A stretch of DNA of 64,000 nucleotides, from contig JAXLNO010000073.1 in assembly GCA_038087875.1 (NCBI GenBank), forward strand, positions 620,001 through 684,000, in the 5' to 3' direction. How positions within the stretch are numbered: the first letter of the stretch is position 1; every line of letters starts with the position of its first letter. Below, piece after piece: positions 38,068-51,154 of the stretch. The notes beneath the pieces were generated by a model, which saw only the letters and a program-made list of their open reading frames with translations, was not told where the DNA came from and made no database searches. Source of the DNA: Malacoraja senta. Taxonomy: Eukaryota. A program made the position numbers and the translations under genes.

Positions 38068-38445
38068 CATGGTGGCGCAGCGGTAGAGTTGCTGCCTCAC
38101 AGCGCCAGAGACCCGGGTTCGATCCCGACCACATTCCTGTACAGAGCTTGCACGTTCTCCCCGTGACCTGAGTGGGTTTTCTCCGAGATCTTCGGTTTCC
38201 TCCCACACTCCAAAGACGTACGGGATTGTAGGATTATAGGCTTGCTGTAAATGTAAAATCATCCCTAGTGTGTATCTGATGGTGTAAGTGTGCGGGGATT
38301 GCAGGTTGGCATGGACTCGCTGGGCCAAAGGGCCTGTTTCCGCCCTGTATCTCTAAACTAAACAGAACCAGTGTGTGAACGGGTGATTGATGGTCGGCGC
38401 GGACTCGGTGGGCGAAGGGCCTGTTTCCGCGCTGTATCTCTAAAT
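38068..38445 (+). mobile_element. HE1-like V-SINE with duplicated tail
   Basis: Box A TGGCGCAGCGG, box B GGTTCGATCC, V-domain core. Confidence 0.9.
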
Positions 38446-39219
38446 TTAATGAGATCTAAAATGTGTGGGGATCGGTTTTTACCCAGAGAGTGGTGGTGCC
38501 TAGGGGTGATGGTGGAGGTAGTGATTATAGTGGTGTTTTGGTGGCCCTTAGATAGGCACATGGACATGCAGGGAATGCAGAGTTCCATATTATGTACAGG
38601 CTAAGGAGATTAATTTGGCATCATGTTCGGCACGGACATTGTGGGCCGAAGGGCCTGTTCCCGTGCTGTGCTATTCTCTGTTCTAGGTTTTGACTCTCTG
38701 CTAATTCATTGAAAAACCTTGCGGAGTTAGTTGGGCAAACTTGCCTTGCACAAATCCAGACATTCTTGAATCAGTAACTCAGCGGGTCAGGCAGCATCTC
38801 TGGAGAGAAGGAATGGGTGATGTTTCGGGTCGAGACCCTTCATCAGACCTGAAACGTCACCTATTCCTTCTTTCCAGAGATGCTGCCTGTCCCGCTGAGT
38901 TACTCCAGCATTTTGTGTCTATCTTCGATTTAAACCAGTATCTGCAGTTCTTTCCTATACAATCCTTGAATCAGTGCAGTCTTGTCCAAATGAGTACCCT
39001 AACCATGGCACTGTGGAACAGGAGACTGTCACACCCGTTAGATTAAATACCTCCAATTTGACAGGGAGGGGTGTAGGGGCCGGTGGGGAGGGGGTTACAG
39101 AAACCAGGAATAGGGTCAGAGCCAGAGTAGGTTTGCAGAGATAGTGAGGGACTCTTCCCACATTACAGCACTCCCTCCACTAAGTCATAGTCATGCCCCA
39201 TCAGGGATGAAAGGGGTTA

Positions 39220-39374
39220 ACCGTTTGCTGATAAAGGAATACTTCCTTATTTTACTTCCGTTTCTTGATGTAAATTTTCCCCTCTACACATTCGTGTTCT
39301 CCACACAGTGACGGCCGCTGAGGACAAGAGTTTGTCAGTCGATACTCCAGAGACGAGCAGCGGACAGAACCCAG
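39220..39374 (+). promoter_or_regulatory. Candidate promoter and non-coding first exon of the Siglec-like gene
   Basis: Unique (non-TE) island with GATA (TGATAA, 39228) and ETS cores (ACTTCC 39241, ACTTCCG 39254), ending in a donor CAG|GTACGT at 39374; no ATG in the last about 65 nt. Confidence 0.5.
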
Positions 39375-39744
39375 GTACGTAATTCCGTGTCTGTCGCTCG
39401 TTCCAACAAACAATGACCTATTTAGTTGAGTTGTGATTTTGTACAGAGTCTGATCACTGAAATACTTTGTGTATTAAGGTAACTGCAGATGCTGGTTTAC
39501 ACTGAAGATAGACACAAAGTGTGGGGTAACTAGGCGGGACAGGCAGCATCTCTGGAGAGTTTAGTTTAGTCTTCTTGCTATTGAGGGAGTGCAGCGTAGG
39601 TTCACCAGGTCTGAAGAAGGGTCACGACCCGAAACGTCACCCATTCCTTCTCTCCAGAGATGCTGCCTGTTCCACTGAGTTACTTCAGCATTCTGTGTCT
39701 ACCTTCAATTTAAACCAGCATCTACAGTTCTTTCCTAGACATTA

Positions 39745-42535
39745 TCACTTGGTTAATTCCCGGGATGGCGGGACTGATATATGATGAAAGAATGGGTCGA
39801 CCGGGCTTGTATTCACTGGAATTTCAAAGGATGAGAGGGGTTCTTATAGAAACATATAATATTCTGAAGGGATTGGACAGGCTAGATGCAGGAAAAATAT
39901 TCCCGATGTTGGCAGAGTCCAGAACCAGGGTTCACAGTTCAAGAATTAGGGATAAGTCATTTAGGACTGAGATGAGGAAAATCTTTTTCACCCAGAGAGT
40001 TGTGAATCTGCGGAATTCTCTGCCACAGTGGAGTGGAGGCCAATTCACTGGATGTTTTCAAAAGAGAGTTAGATTTATCTCTTAGGGCTAACGGAATCAA
40101 AGGATATGGGGAGAAAACAGGAACGGAATACAGATTTTGGACGATCAGCCGTGAACATATTGAATGGTGCTGGCTCAAAGGGCTGAATGGCCTACTCCTG
40201 CACCTATTTTCTATTATTCTATATTTTCTATGTTTATTGTAATGCTACCGAGATACAGCAAAAAACTTTTGTTGTATCTTGTTGACCAGTCAGCGGTCAG
40301 ACAACACATGATTACAATCAAAGATAGACACAAAATGCTGGAATAACTCAGTGGGACAGGCGGCATAACTGGATAGAAGAAGGGTCATGACCCGAAATGT
40401 CACCCATTCCTTCTATCCAGAGATGCTGCCTGTCCCGCTGAGTTGCGCCAGCATTTTGTGGCTATCTATGGTTTAAACCAGCACCTGAAGTTCCTTCCTA
40501 TACATGATTACCATTGTTCCATTTACAGTGTACAGATACATGATAAGGGAATAACGGTTAGTGTATGGTAAAACCAGCAAAGTCTGATCAACGATAGTCC
40601 GATGGTCATCAAAGAGGTAGTTAGTAGTTCAACACTGCTCTCTGGTTGTGGTAGGATGATTCAGTTGCCTGATAACAGCTGGGAAGAAACTATCCCCGAT
40701 TCTGAAAATCGGTGAAAAGAAATGGGTGACGTTTAGGGTCGAGACCCTTCTTCAGATTGAGAGTGAGGGGAGAGGGAGACACAGAGATAAGGAAGTGAAA
40801 GGTGTGAAAATGAGACAAAGGTTATGAAGTTTGAGGAAAATGTAGAATAGATCATTGTTAGCGAGGAGAGGCTGACAACGAAGCAAATAGATAACATTTA
40901 ATCAGGAGGATAGTCAGACTGGTCATAGAATAGGAAAATGGAGGGATGGACAATAGACAACAGGTGCAGGAGTAGGCCATTCGGCCCTTCGGCCCTTCAA
41001 TGTGATCATGGCTGATTATCCACAATCAGTACCCCGTTCCTGCCTTCTCCCCATATCCCTTAACTCTGCTATCTCTAAGAGCTCTATCTAACTCTCTCTT
41101 GAAAGCATCCAGAGAACCAGCCTCTACCACCCTCTGAGGCAGAGAATTCCACACTCACAACTCTCTGTGTGAAAAGGTTTTTCCTCATCTCCGTTCTAAA
41201 TGGCTTACCACTTATTCTTAAACTATGGCCCCTGGTTCTGGACTCCCCCAACATTGGGATAATGTTTCCTGCCTCTAGCGTGTCCAAACCCTTAATAATC
41301 TTATATGTTTCAATAAGATCCCCTCTGATCCTTCTAAATTCCAGAGTATACAAGCCAAGCCGCTCCAATCTATCAACATATGACAGTCCCGCCATCCCGG
41401 GAATTAACCTTGTGAACCTACGCTGCACTCCCTCAATATCAAGAATGTCCTTCCTCAAGTTTGGAGACCAAAACTGCACACAATACTCCAGGTTTGGTCT
41501 CAGTAGGGCCCTATAAAACTGCAGGAGGACCTCTTTGCTCCTAAACTCAACTCCTCTTGAGAGAGGAAAAGCAAGGGTTACTTGAAGTTAGAGAAGTCGA
41601 TATTCATACAGCTGGGGTGGAAGCGGCCCAAGTGAAATATGAGGTGCTGTTCCTCCAATTTGTGTTGGGCCTCATTCTGACAGTGGAGGAATGAGGCCCA
41701 GGACAGATAGGTCAGAAAGGTATCTCTGTGTCTCCCTCTCCCCTGACTCTCAGTCTGTATTCTACTCAATATTGTGAGCAATTCTGGACCCCGTATCTGA
41801 GGAAGGATGTGCTGGCTCTGGAGAGGGCCCAAAAGAGGTTTACAAGAACGATCGCAGGAATGAGTGGGTTAACATGTGATGAGCATTTGACTGCACTGGT
41901 CCTGTACTCGCTGGAGTGTAGAATAATGAGGGGGGAACCTCATTTAAAAGTACAGAATAGTGAATGACTTGGATGTGGAGAGGATGTTTCCATAAGTGGG
42001 AGAGTCTAGGACCCGAGGTCACCGCCTCAGAATGAAAGGATGTTCTTTTAGGAAGGAGATGAGGAGAAATATCTTTAGTCAGAGGGTGGTGAATCTGTGG
42101 ATGCTTTGCTACAGAAGGCTGTGGAGGCCAAGTCAGTGGATGTATTTAAGGCAGAGGTGGATAGATTCTTGATTAGTCGTGGTGTCAGAGGTTATTGGGG
42201 GAAGGCAGGAAAATTAGGTTAGAAGTGATAGATCAGCTATGATTAAATGGCAGAGTAGACTTAGACAATAGACAATAGGTGCAGGAGTAGGCCATTCGGC
42301 CCTTCGAGCCAGCACATCCTTCCATTTAATGTGATCATGGCTGATTATCCCCAATCAGTACCCCGTTCCTGCCTGCTCCCCAAATCCCCTGATTCCGCTA
42401 TTTTTAAGAGCCCTATCTAGGTCTCTCTTGAAAGCATCCAGAGAACCTGCCTCCACCACCCTCTGAGGCAGAGAATTCCACAGACTCACCACTCTCTGTG
42501 AAAAAATGTGTTTCCTCGTCTCCGTTCTAAATGGG
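39745..42535. mobile_element. Mixed CR1/HER1, Rex1-tail and Penelope fragments
   Basis: ORFs 39765..40085, 41084..41479 and 41728..41967 are CR1 C-termini; 41578..41832 is a Penelope GIY-YIG end. Confidence 0.85.
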
Positions 42536-42970
42536 CCACTTGACGGGCTGAATGGCCTAATTCTGCTCCTATCACTTATGACCTTATATAATACGACTTA
42601 CCTGGGTTGCATGCAAACACTGTATCCTGTTACAAATGGCAATTGTACAACCATACCAATCGATGGGCAAAAAAGGGCTGACATGGATGTGGTGGGCTGA
42701 AGAGCCTGTTGCTGTGTGGATGGAAATGTTCCCAAACCAAGCTGCGATGCATCCTGATAAAATGGTTTCTAACAGGCCCTTCAGAGGGTTGAATGGGGAG
42801 ACTGCTTTGTGTGTTAGACTGGGCGATATCCAAGTTAGGGGCGGCAAGGTGGCACAGTAGTAGCATTGCTGCCTCACAGCACCAGAGATCCTGGTTTGAT
42901 CCTGACTTTGGGTGCTTGTCTGTACGGAGTTTGCCCGTTTACATATTCTGTTGTGCTGCTGCAAGTAAGA

Positions 42971-45900
42971 ATTTTACTTCGGAGTCACGTGAGTCACTAC
43001 GTGAAGAAGGCCGTTAGCCCGCATGCGCGTCGTTACGTCTAGCGCATTGCGCAACGGCTGACTGGCAGGCGCGCTGCTCGGGCCAGCGGTAAGTTTAAAC
43101 CTGCAGGTAAGTTTTAAACTTTCTAGGGTATGTTTTCTCTGCAGGAATCTCTTCTCACAGAGTATTCCTGCTGGATTTCGGGGCGAAGTCGGGACGGGCC
43201 GCGGGGAAACCTTTATGGACCTCGGGGAATCACGGACCTCGGGGAATCGTGGTCACGACCTCGGGGAATTCCGGCCACAGACCGCGGGGAACCGGCTACG
43301 GAGACCACGGAAGTGCGGGTAGTGGCCGGCAGTCGAATTTGCCTTCCGAGTCGCTGACGGTGGAGCCAGCGGCTTCAGACTGGCGGTGGAGCCAGCGGCT
43401 TCAGCATCTTGGCAAACCCGCTTGAAGGGTAGCCACAGAGAAAGTCTGTACGGCCTGTTGACTCAAACGAGTCGGGCCAGGAGGATGCCTGATGGAGAGG
43501 ATCCCCTCCTTCAATGGGTAGCGTCTTCGGACATCTAACCCACATGGAGCACCTGATGGAGAGGTACTCCACAATGGTATGCTCCAAGGAGGGAGTTATA
43601 TCACCGCGGGTCTCCGCGGCAGCAGCACCTGTTACAGGGCTGCAGTGTCTCTCTGGGGAGGGGAGCAGTCGGGGTCAGTTCTGTCTGACTCGGAGTTCAG
43701 AGGTATAGCCGGGGAGCATACCACGAGGCACGAAGGATATGGTCCGTGGAGGGGCCATATCAGCGCAGGTCTCCTCGGGGGCCTGAGGCAGCACCTGTTT
43801 CAGGGCTACTTCCTATCGCCCTCGCTATGGAGAGGAGTGCGAGGGGTCAGTGTGTAACTGACTCCAAACTCAGAATAATGTCCGTGGAACATACTGGAGT
43901 ACGTGTGTGAGGTACAAGAAATGTGTGTCATGGCATCCAGGTTTGCGACATCCTCGCAAGCGAAGGAGTGCTGCAGGAAGAATGGTTCCAGCCGTTGGCA
44001 GCAAAACCTCACGTCACGTCATAACAGGAACAGGTGACGGCTGTGAGATACCATGCACCTGTAAATTGTTCCTAAAAATGACGGCAGTGAACAGCTCTAT
44101 CAGGGGTGACGTTGGAGGGGCATGGAACCCCAGGAAACCAGCCGCCGAATCTTCTCTTCAGGTAAGCCTATTCAACAGGTGGACCTGCATGAGGGAGCTA
44201 AAGCTGTCGAACTACGAGTACAGCCTCATCGTTTCGGCGACAATACATCCCACGCCTCCATCGGCAGTAAGCGGTTCACTGAAGCAGGTGGCAGCCAGCA
44301 AGCTGGGCAGAGGTCTTTTAGGCCAAGGCCCAAGCCGGTCTCAGGAAAAATATGAAATCCACGTACCCTACCAGTCCTACTCTCCAATCAAGGACGGAAA
44401 TAGAACCCGCATCAGGGGCCTTTCGGCTTACCATAAGACCACCGGTAACCATGAAGGTAGGTGGGTCTGGTTCCTTCCGAAACATGGGGTATGTGGACCA
44501 TTTACAAGTTGGTAATACTTATTTTTGTACAAATGACAAAGTGAACATGTGATTAGTTTATACTGCACAGTATACAAGGATTCCAAGCAGGCTTGGAATT
44601 GTGGCCAGAGTTGTCTTTCGAAGCAGGCTCAGTATAATGGCCAGTTTTGCCTTTCAAGGCAGGCTCGGAACTATGGCAGGCAGGGCCTGATCATTATGTA
44701 AGATGTAGGATGTCGGTTCATCCATGATTAACTCGCATGTGCAGTATAGACATTTCAGCACAGCAAACTTCGTTACTGTCTAACAACTGATTTCCATAGG
44801 ATCTTTATGGCATGCATTGATCTCAAAGATGCATACTGTTCAGTTCTCATTCACAGTGATCACCGGAGATATTTGAAATTTAGCTGGATGGGGCAATGAT
44901 AACAGTTAAAGCGTTGCAAAAGATGCTAATTTCAGTTCCCACGCTATTTACCAAATTACTAAAACCGGTGCTTGGGCTGCTTAGAGCTCAAAAACACTTA
45001 TTATGGCCTACCTACATGATATTCTAAACTCTGTATTTTGCTAACATTAACTGTTTCGGCCGCACACGATGTTTGAGAAATTGGGGTTTCTCATCCATCC
45101 AGTTAAATTTTACTTCGGAGTCACGCGAGTGATTCCGTGAAGAAGCCCTGCGTGTCATATCGTCATTCGCATTGCGAAGCACCGGGCAGGCAGGGAATCT
45201 CTCCTGCCGGTGGTAAGTTTTAAACTTCAGGTAAGTTTTCTATCACTTACCAGGGTTTTGAATTTCTTGCAGGCACCTCTTTTCACAGAGGTATCCTGCT
45301 AGAAAATGGGACGAATTCCGGCGAGTGAACCGGCTATGGGCTGTGGGGAGACCCCGGTTCCGACCGCGAAAGCGGATAGTCGGGAGATGTTGGGTTCGTG
45401 TTTTTTCCAGCCTGCTGTGGTTCTCGGTGAGGGCCCACGCAGGTCGCGGGAGGGAACGTGCAGACTCCGTACAGACAAGGGGCCGTGGTTGGTTCGAACC
45501 CGGGTTAAAGATCCATTGATAGTTCAGTTATATGGTATCAACTACCTACAGACAAATGGTGCATTCTGTGGATTAAGGGGTGCATGCTTAAGTCCAAGTT
45601 GATTCACTTTGGTGGAGGTATATGTTGATCACATGGGTATAATCAGTCAAAGTATCCGGTGATAATTTACCTAACCTCATCTAGCACTGGTATATCATCA
45701 ATTGTCAATACAGAATTGATGTTGGATCGCTAAGTGTTTAATGACATTGTGGCTCGATGAAACGCTGAAGATCGAAATGTCTGCATCCAGGCTCAATCAC
45801 CAGTTGCAATATATGTGGCATATCAATGGCGATGGATGTACTCTCGCTACACTGGGGAGGAATGTCTTCCTCCATTTTGCCTCATCAGAAGGGGCTTGCA

Positions 45901-47536
45901 AATTCAGCAAGCTCCCGCTTCAGGTATTTTCATAGTGCCTGCCTGGCTTCTACAGCCATGGTTCCCGCTGATGTGGGGAATGATGACAGAACCTTATATG
46001 GTTAATTCTGGACATAAAATTTGCTGGTTTTACCGTGACTCGGGAACCATCCTTTGCATGATATAACCAATGCTTTGATTACAGACTCTGCGAAGGCCAT
46101 TCCTGCGGCTCAGGTTGTCAAACCATACCTTGGTCGTGCTCACTGCAGATGCAGGGATAGCACCAAACAGCAGTATCTCCTCTTAAGGAGATGGGAGGTA
46201 TTTGTTTTATGTTATATTACATTCAGCTCGGCACTGATGACTGACGGCTTGAAGGCCAGTTTTGTATGGGGTTGACAATTATCAAGTTAAAGTGCTATTT
46301 ACTGTGCCTAAAGTGCCTTCTCATCATGCTGGCTGCGGGAACAGAATCCACTCTGTTGGGTCTCACCCTCTGGGATTCAGGTAATGAAGGGTATCTTCAA
46401 CTCTAAACCTTCCAGGCCTGGGTAGGCAGAGATATAGGATGTTAACATTGTGCCACATTGTTCGTCGGTGGGCTCCAGCTACATCCCTGTCCTTGGTCAA
46501 ACTCGCCTACAAGTGGTTATGCCCATGGCACTGAGTTCAGCACAACAGGTCCAGACATGGCATTAGCAGTGACTGGACACAATTATAATATCTGCGGGCT
46601 AAATAACATTATGTTTATGACTTAGTCAAGCAGAGTAGACCAGGGGCATCAGGTCTAACTAGATTGTTCACATATCTCATGGACCTTCGGTTGTGTGTAG
46701 TCACACATCTACACCAGAATGTAGGTCACTAGAGCATTAAAGACTCTGAACTAGCAATATTGTTAGTTACATTAGCCTCGTAAGAAGGTATCACTACAGA
46801 CCATCTCCAGGTGGTTATAATGGGGCTGGCTTATACAGGAGTGAACACTAATATTCAAGTCTCACTCCACCAGGGCTGCAACTACCACAGCAGCAGGGTA
46901 TGGCCGTTAGCGGGACCACATCCTAGCGACTGCAGGGTGGTCAAACTAACGATCTTTCCAATCATTTATAACAACCCATTACCAGATTGGGGGTATTTGC
47001 CAACTCTATGCTAAGTTCTGTTTCATAGTTCCCTCCCGGTTGAGTGAGGTTACTATTATCATTGTTTGTTCATTAAAAGCATCAACATGTCTATATCTAA
47101 GTCATGTCAGAATGCATTTCTTAATGATCACTCATCAGTAGTCAACTGATGCAGTGTGTGATGCATGGACTCGTTTCCACGGCATGAAATCACAGAGCTT
47201 CAAAATCTTCACATAGTCACTCACGTGACTCCGAAGTAAAATAGTAAGATTAAACGAGAACGTACCACTTTGAAGTTTGATCTTTATTTTATGAGGAGTG
47301 ACGTTGAGGGATTACGTGCCCTCCACGCCCACCCTCTATTATAAGGTCAGCTGGTATTCTAGTTCTCTTATCTTACTATGTTAATTCGACTACCATAATC
47401 TGTGATTTCACACCACTGCTTTGAAGATTGTCGCGCATGCGCCCTGACCGGTTCTTCACGTAATCCCTCAACCTTACTCCTCATAAAATAAAGATCAAAC
47501 TTCAAACTGGTAAGTTCTCGTTTAATCTTACTATTT
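42971..47536 (+). mobile_element. DIRS1-type retrotransposon (composite; second left terminus at 45107)
   Basis: Left end ATTTTACTTCGGAGTCACG; RT motif MACIDLKDAY (about 44807-44836); YR motif SHSTRAA (about 46860); ICR at about 47222-47320 joins the complements of both termini; inserted at ATTT within a LINE tail (AAGAATTT|CATTCT). Confidence 0.88.
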
Positions 47537-47654
47537 CATTCTACAATCTGGGACATGGCAATAAAACACTCTTGCATCTGGACTCTTGACCTGCATAGGT
47601 TTTAGAAAATAGGTGCAGGAGGAGGCTATTCGGCCCTTCGAGCCAGCACCGATT

Positions 47655-48775
47655 TCTCTGGTTTCCTCCCACATTCCAAAGATATGCTGGTTTGTAGGTT
47701 AATTGGCTTGGCAAAATTGTAAATTGTCCCTAGTGTGTGTAGGATAGTGCGGGGATCGCTGGTCGGCACGGACTCGGTGGGCCGAAGAACCTGTTTCCGT
47801 GCTGTATCTCTAAACTAAACACAGAACTAGTGTGTGAATGGGTGATCGATAGCGTGGACTCGGTGGGCCAAAGGGCCTGTTTCCGCGCTGTATCGCCAAA
47901 CTAAACATAGAACTAGTGTGTGAACGGGTGATCAATGGTCAGCATGGACTCAGTGAGCCTGTTTCCGCACTGTATCTCTAGACTAAACATAGAAATAATG
48001 CGTGAATGGGTGATCGTTGGTCAGCACGGACTCGATGGGCCGAAGGGCCTGTGTTTGCGATGTATCTCTTAACTGAACTAAACTAAATGTTGTTATTGTA
48101 CTTGCCTCAACTACTTCCTCCGGCAGCTTGTTCCACAACCCCACACAACCCCTCATCAACCTCTCTATGAATAGCCTCTTACTTCAACTTTAGTAATGAT
48201 CAGCTTAGAGCCCTAAGCTGTTCCTCAGATACCTTCCCTAATTCATGTACCAGGCAGCTTGTGGGACGTAACCACATGGCAGAACAGCAGCCATTGATGT
48301 CAGTTTAGTTTAGTTTTCTAGTTTAGTGACACAGCGCGGAAACAGGCCCTTCAGCCCACCCAGTCCACGCCGACAATCGGTCACCCATTCACACACTACT
48401 TCTATGTTTAGTTTAGAGATACAGCGTGGAAACAGGCCCATCATCCCACGATTCTGTGCCGACCAGCAATCACCCATTCACAAACTAGTTCTGTGTTTAG
48501 TTTAGTGATACAGTGCAGAAACAGGCCCTTCGGCCCATGCCGACCTGCGACCAACGCTATCCTACACAAACTTCGGACACATTTTTTACCGAAGTCTAAT
48601 TAACCTACAAACCTGTACGTCTTTGGAGCGTGGAAGGAAACCGGAGATCCCGGAGAAAATCCACGCAGATCACAGGGAGAACGTACAAACTCCGTACAGA
48701 CAGCACCTGTAGTTAGGATCAAAGTCGGGTCTCTGGCGCTGTGAGGCAGTAACTCTACCGCTGCGCCACTGTGAG
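47655..48775. mobile_element. Opposed HE1-like SINEs, each with tandemly reiterated tails
   Basis: Plus copy about 47655-48090 and minus copy about 48300-48775; tail unit GTGTGAATGGGTGATCG...GGGCCTGTTTCCGCGCTGTATC...TAAAC repeated 3-4 times on each side. Confidence 0.85.
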
Positions 48776-49039
48776 TCATGTTACTTGGCAACGATTAGCG
48801 AGAAGTCAAACGATTGGGAAGCTTTTAAAAACCAAAATAAGGCAACTAGATTGCTCATAAGGTCATAAGTGATAGGAGTAGAATTAGGCCATTTGGCCCA
48901 TCAAATCTACTCCCCCATTCAATCATGGCTGATCTATCATTCTCTCCTAACCCCATTCTCCTGCCTTCTCCCCATAACCCCTGACACCCGTACTAATTCA
49001 TAATCTATCTATCTCTGCCTTAACAATATCCATTAACTT

Positions 49040-49745
49040 AACCACCAGGTGGCGCCAGCAATGGCTGCCTCGCCAACAGTCTGTCTGTCCCTTCCTTCTT
49101 TGTTCTCTCTGTGTGTTAAATGTATGTTTTCAGTGTTCTTTAGGTTGTTTTATGTGGAGGGGGGGTGTTGGGGGAAACTTTTCCTCATCACTTACATAGA
49201 CGGAGATGCGATTTTCTTCCGTATCATATCTCCATCCCCACTGTGGTCTAACATCGAGGAGTTGGCGGCCTTTGCTGGAAACCAACTTCGAGAGCTGCAC
49301 CCCGGGTGCCTGCATGACTTCCCATCACGGAGCTTGCGATCCCTGTCAGTGGTTGATTTTGGGGCTCCAACCGTGGGTGCCTGAGAACTTTAACATCGCG
49401 GAACTTGTGGTCTCTGGTTAGAGGCCAACTTCGAGGAATTCCAAACTGCAGGAACATCGACCGCCCCAAACCGGGGTCTTCGATCGCCCTGACGCGGGGT
49501 CTTCCACCGCCAGCTGCGGGAGCTTCAATCACCCCAGACTGCGGATGGTTTGATTGCCCCGACCGTGGGAGAATAAAAGAGGAAGAAGTTTGGACTTTAC
49601 TGCCTTCCGTCATAGTGAGGATCGTGGGGAGTCCACTGTGGTGGATGTTTATGTTAACTTTTAAGTATTTCTTGTTACTTTTTTTTGGTAATTTGAATTT
49701 CACTGTACCTTAAATGGTACATGTGACAATAAACTGACCTTGAAA
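49040..49745 (+). mobile_element. Non-coding retroposed element with a LINE-type tail, inserted in a CR1 fragment
   Basis: Splits CR1 sequence (ATATCCATTAACTT | ...TTGGCCTCCACAGCC); ends ...ACATGTGACAATAAACTGACCTTGAA; begins with a CTCF-like motif. Confidence 0.6.
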
Positions 49746-50254
49746 GCTTGAATTGGCCTCCACAGCCTTCTGTGGCAAATAATTCCACAGATTCACCACC
49801 TCTGAATAAAGAAATTCCTCCTCATTTCCTTCCTAAAAGAATGTCCTTTAATTGTGAGGCTGACCTCTCCCACTGGTGGAAATATCCTCTCCACATCCAC
49901 TCTATCCAAGTCTTTCATTATTCGGTAAGTTTCATTGAGTTCCCCCCTCATTCTCTAAACTCCAGCGAGTACAGGCCCAGTGCCGACAAACGCTCATCCT
50001 ACGTAAACCTACTCATTCCTGGGACCATTCTTGTAAACCTCCTCTGGACCCTCTCCAGAGCCACCACATCCTTCATCAGACATGGGGCTGAAAATTGCTC
50101 ACAATATTCCAAATGCGGCCTGACCAGCGCCTTATCGAGTCTCAGCATTGCATCTGTGTTGCTTAATGTATATTGGTGGCTGGAGTTTTACTGCATTCAC
50201 TTTCTCTTCCAGACTGGGGGATCGGGGCACTGACGGGATATCTGGGATCGGAAA

Positions 50255-50294
50255 ATGATCGGGAGATTGTTCTTCCTCCTCTCCCTTCTCCAAG
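50255..50294 (+). CDS. Siglec/MAG/CD22-like gene, signal-peptide exon (exon 50213-50294)
   Basis: Acceptor TTTCTCTTCCAG| at 50212; ATG at 50255 gives MIGRLFFLLSLLQ + G|GTACC (phase 1), which joins in frame to the V exon as ...LLQ-A-VMSGQW. Confidence 0.85.
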
Positions 50295-50400
50295 GTACCA
50301 TCAGTAGCAACTCAGAAGTGTTTATGGGCGAGGAGGCTTTTACTGGTTGGCTGCCAGTGACTAGCGGAGTTCCGCAGGGGTCGGTGCTGGGGCCGCTACG

Positions 50401-50947
50401 ATCGTTTCGCTGAACACCTTCGCTCAGTCCGCCTGGACCTACCTGACATCCCAGTTGCCAAACACTTTAATTCCCCTTCCCATTCCCACACTGAACTTTT
50501 TGTCCTAGTTCTCCTCCACTGTCAGAGTGAGGCTAAATGCTAATTGGAGGAACAGCATATCATATTTTGCTTGGGCAGCTTACAACCCAGTGGTATGAAT
50601 ATTGATTTCTCTCACTTCAAGTAAACCCTGCATTCCCACTCTCTCCATCCCTCCCCCACCCAAGTTGCACCAGCTTCTCATTCTCATCCAACAAACAGCT
50701 GACAATGGCTTGTTTTCTTTACCATCATTACATTTTTGCATATCTTTCATTCATTGTTCTGTGTCTCTCTACATCATCGTCTATATCTCTCGTTTCCCTT
50801 TCCTGTGCTTTTCAGTCTGAAGAAGGGTCTCGACCCGAAACGTCACCCATTCCTTCTCTCCAGAGATGCTGCCTGTCCCACTGACTTACTCCAGATTTTT
50901 GTGTCAATCTTCAGTTTAAACCAGTATCCGCAGTTCCTTCCTACACA
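50401..50947 (+). mobile_element. Penelope-like element (GIY-YIG 3' end + pLTR) inserted in a CR1 RT fragment
   Basis: Codes RFAEHLRSV...PVAKHFNSPSHSH...LEEQHIIFCLG...MNIDFS; flanked by CCGCTAC/CCACTAC; the CR1 frame GVPQGSVLGPL resumes after it. Confidence 0.85.
50817..50844 (+). ncRNA. Minimal type I hammerhead-ribozyme-like motif in a Penelope pLTR (representative of about 15 copies)
   Basis: CTGAAGA-A-GGGTC-TC-GACCC-GAAAC-GTC: CUGANGA core, hairpin II, GAAA, then a GUC triplet. Confidence 0.65.
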
Positions 50948-51154
50948 CCACTACTCTTCACGTTATATATTAATGATTTGGACGAGGGGATTGAAGGCTT
51001 TGTGATCAACTTTGTGGATGATACGGAAATAGGTGGAGGGGCAGGTAGTGTAGAGAAAGCAGGGACTCTGCAGAAGGACTTGGACAGGTTGGGAGAGTGG
51101 ACAGAGAAGTGGCAGATGGAATATACTGTAGCAAAGGAGGGAGCGCTGCACTGT

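Noticed and set aside
38068..38130. tRNA-like box A/box B
   Set aside because: It is the head of a V-SINE and continues into the V-domain and LINE-derived tail; it is not a tRNA gene.
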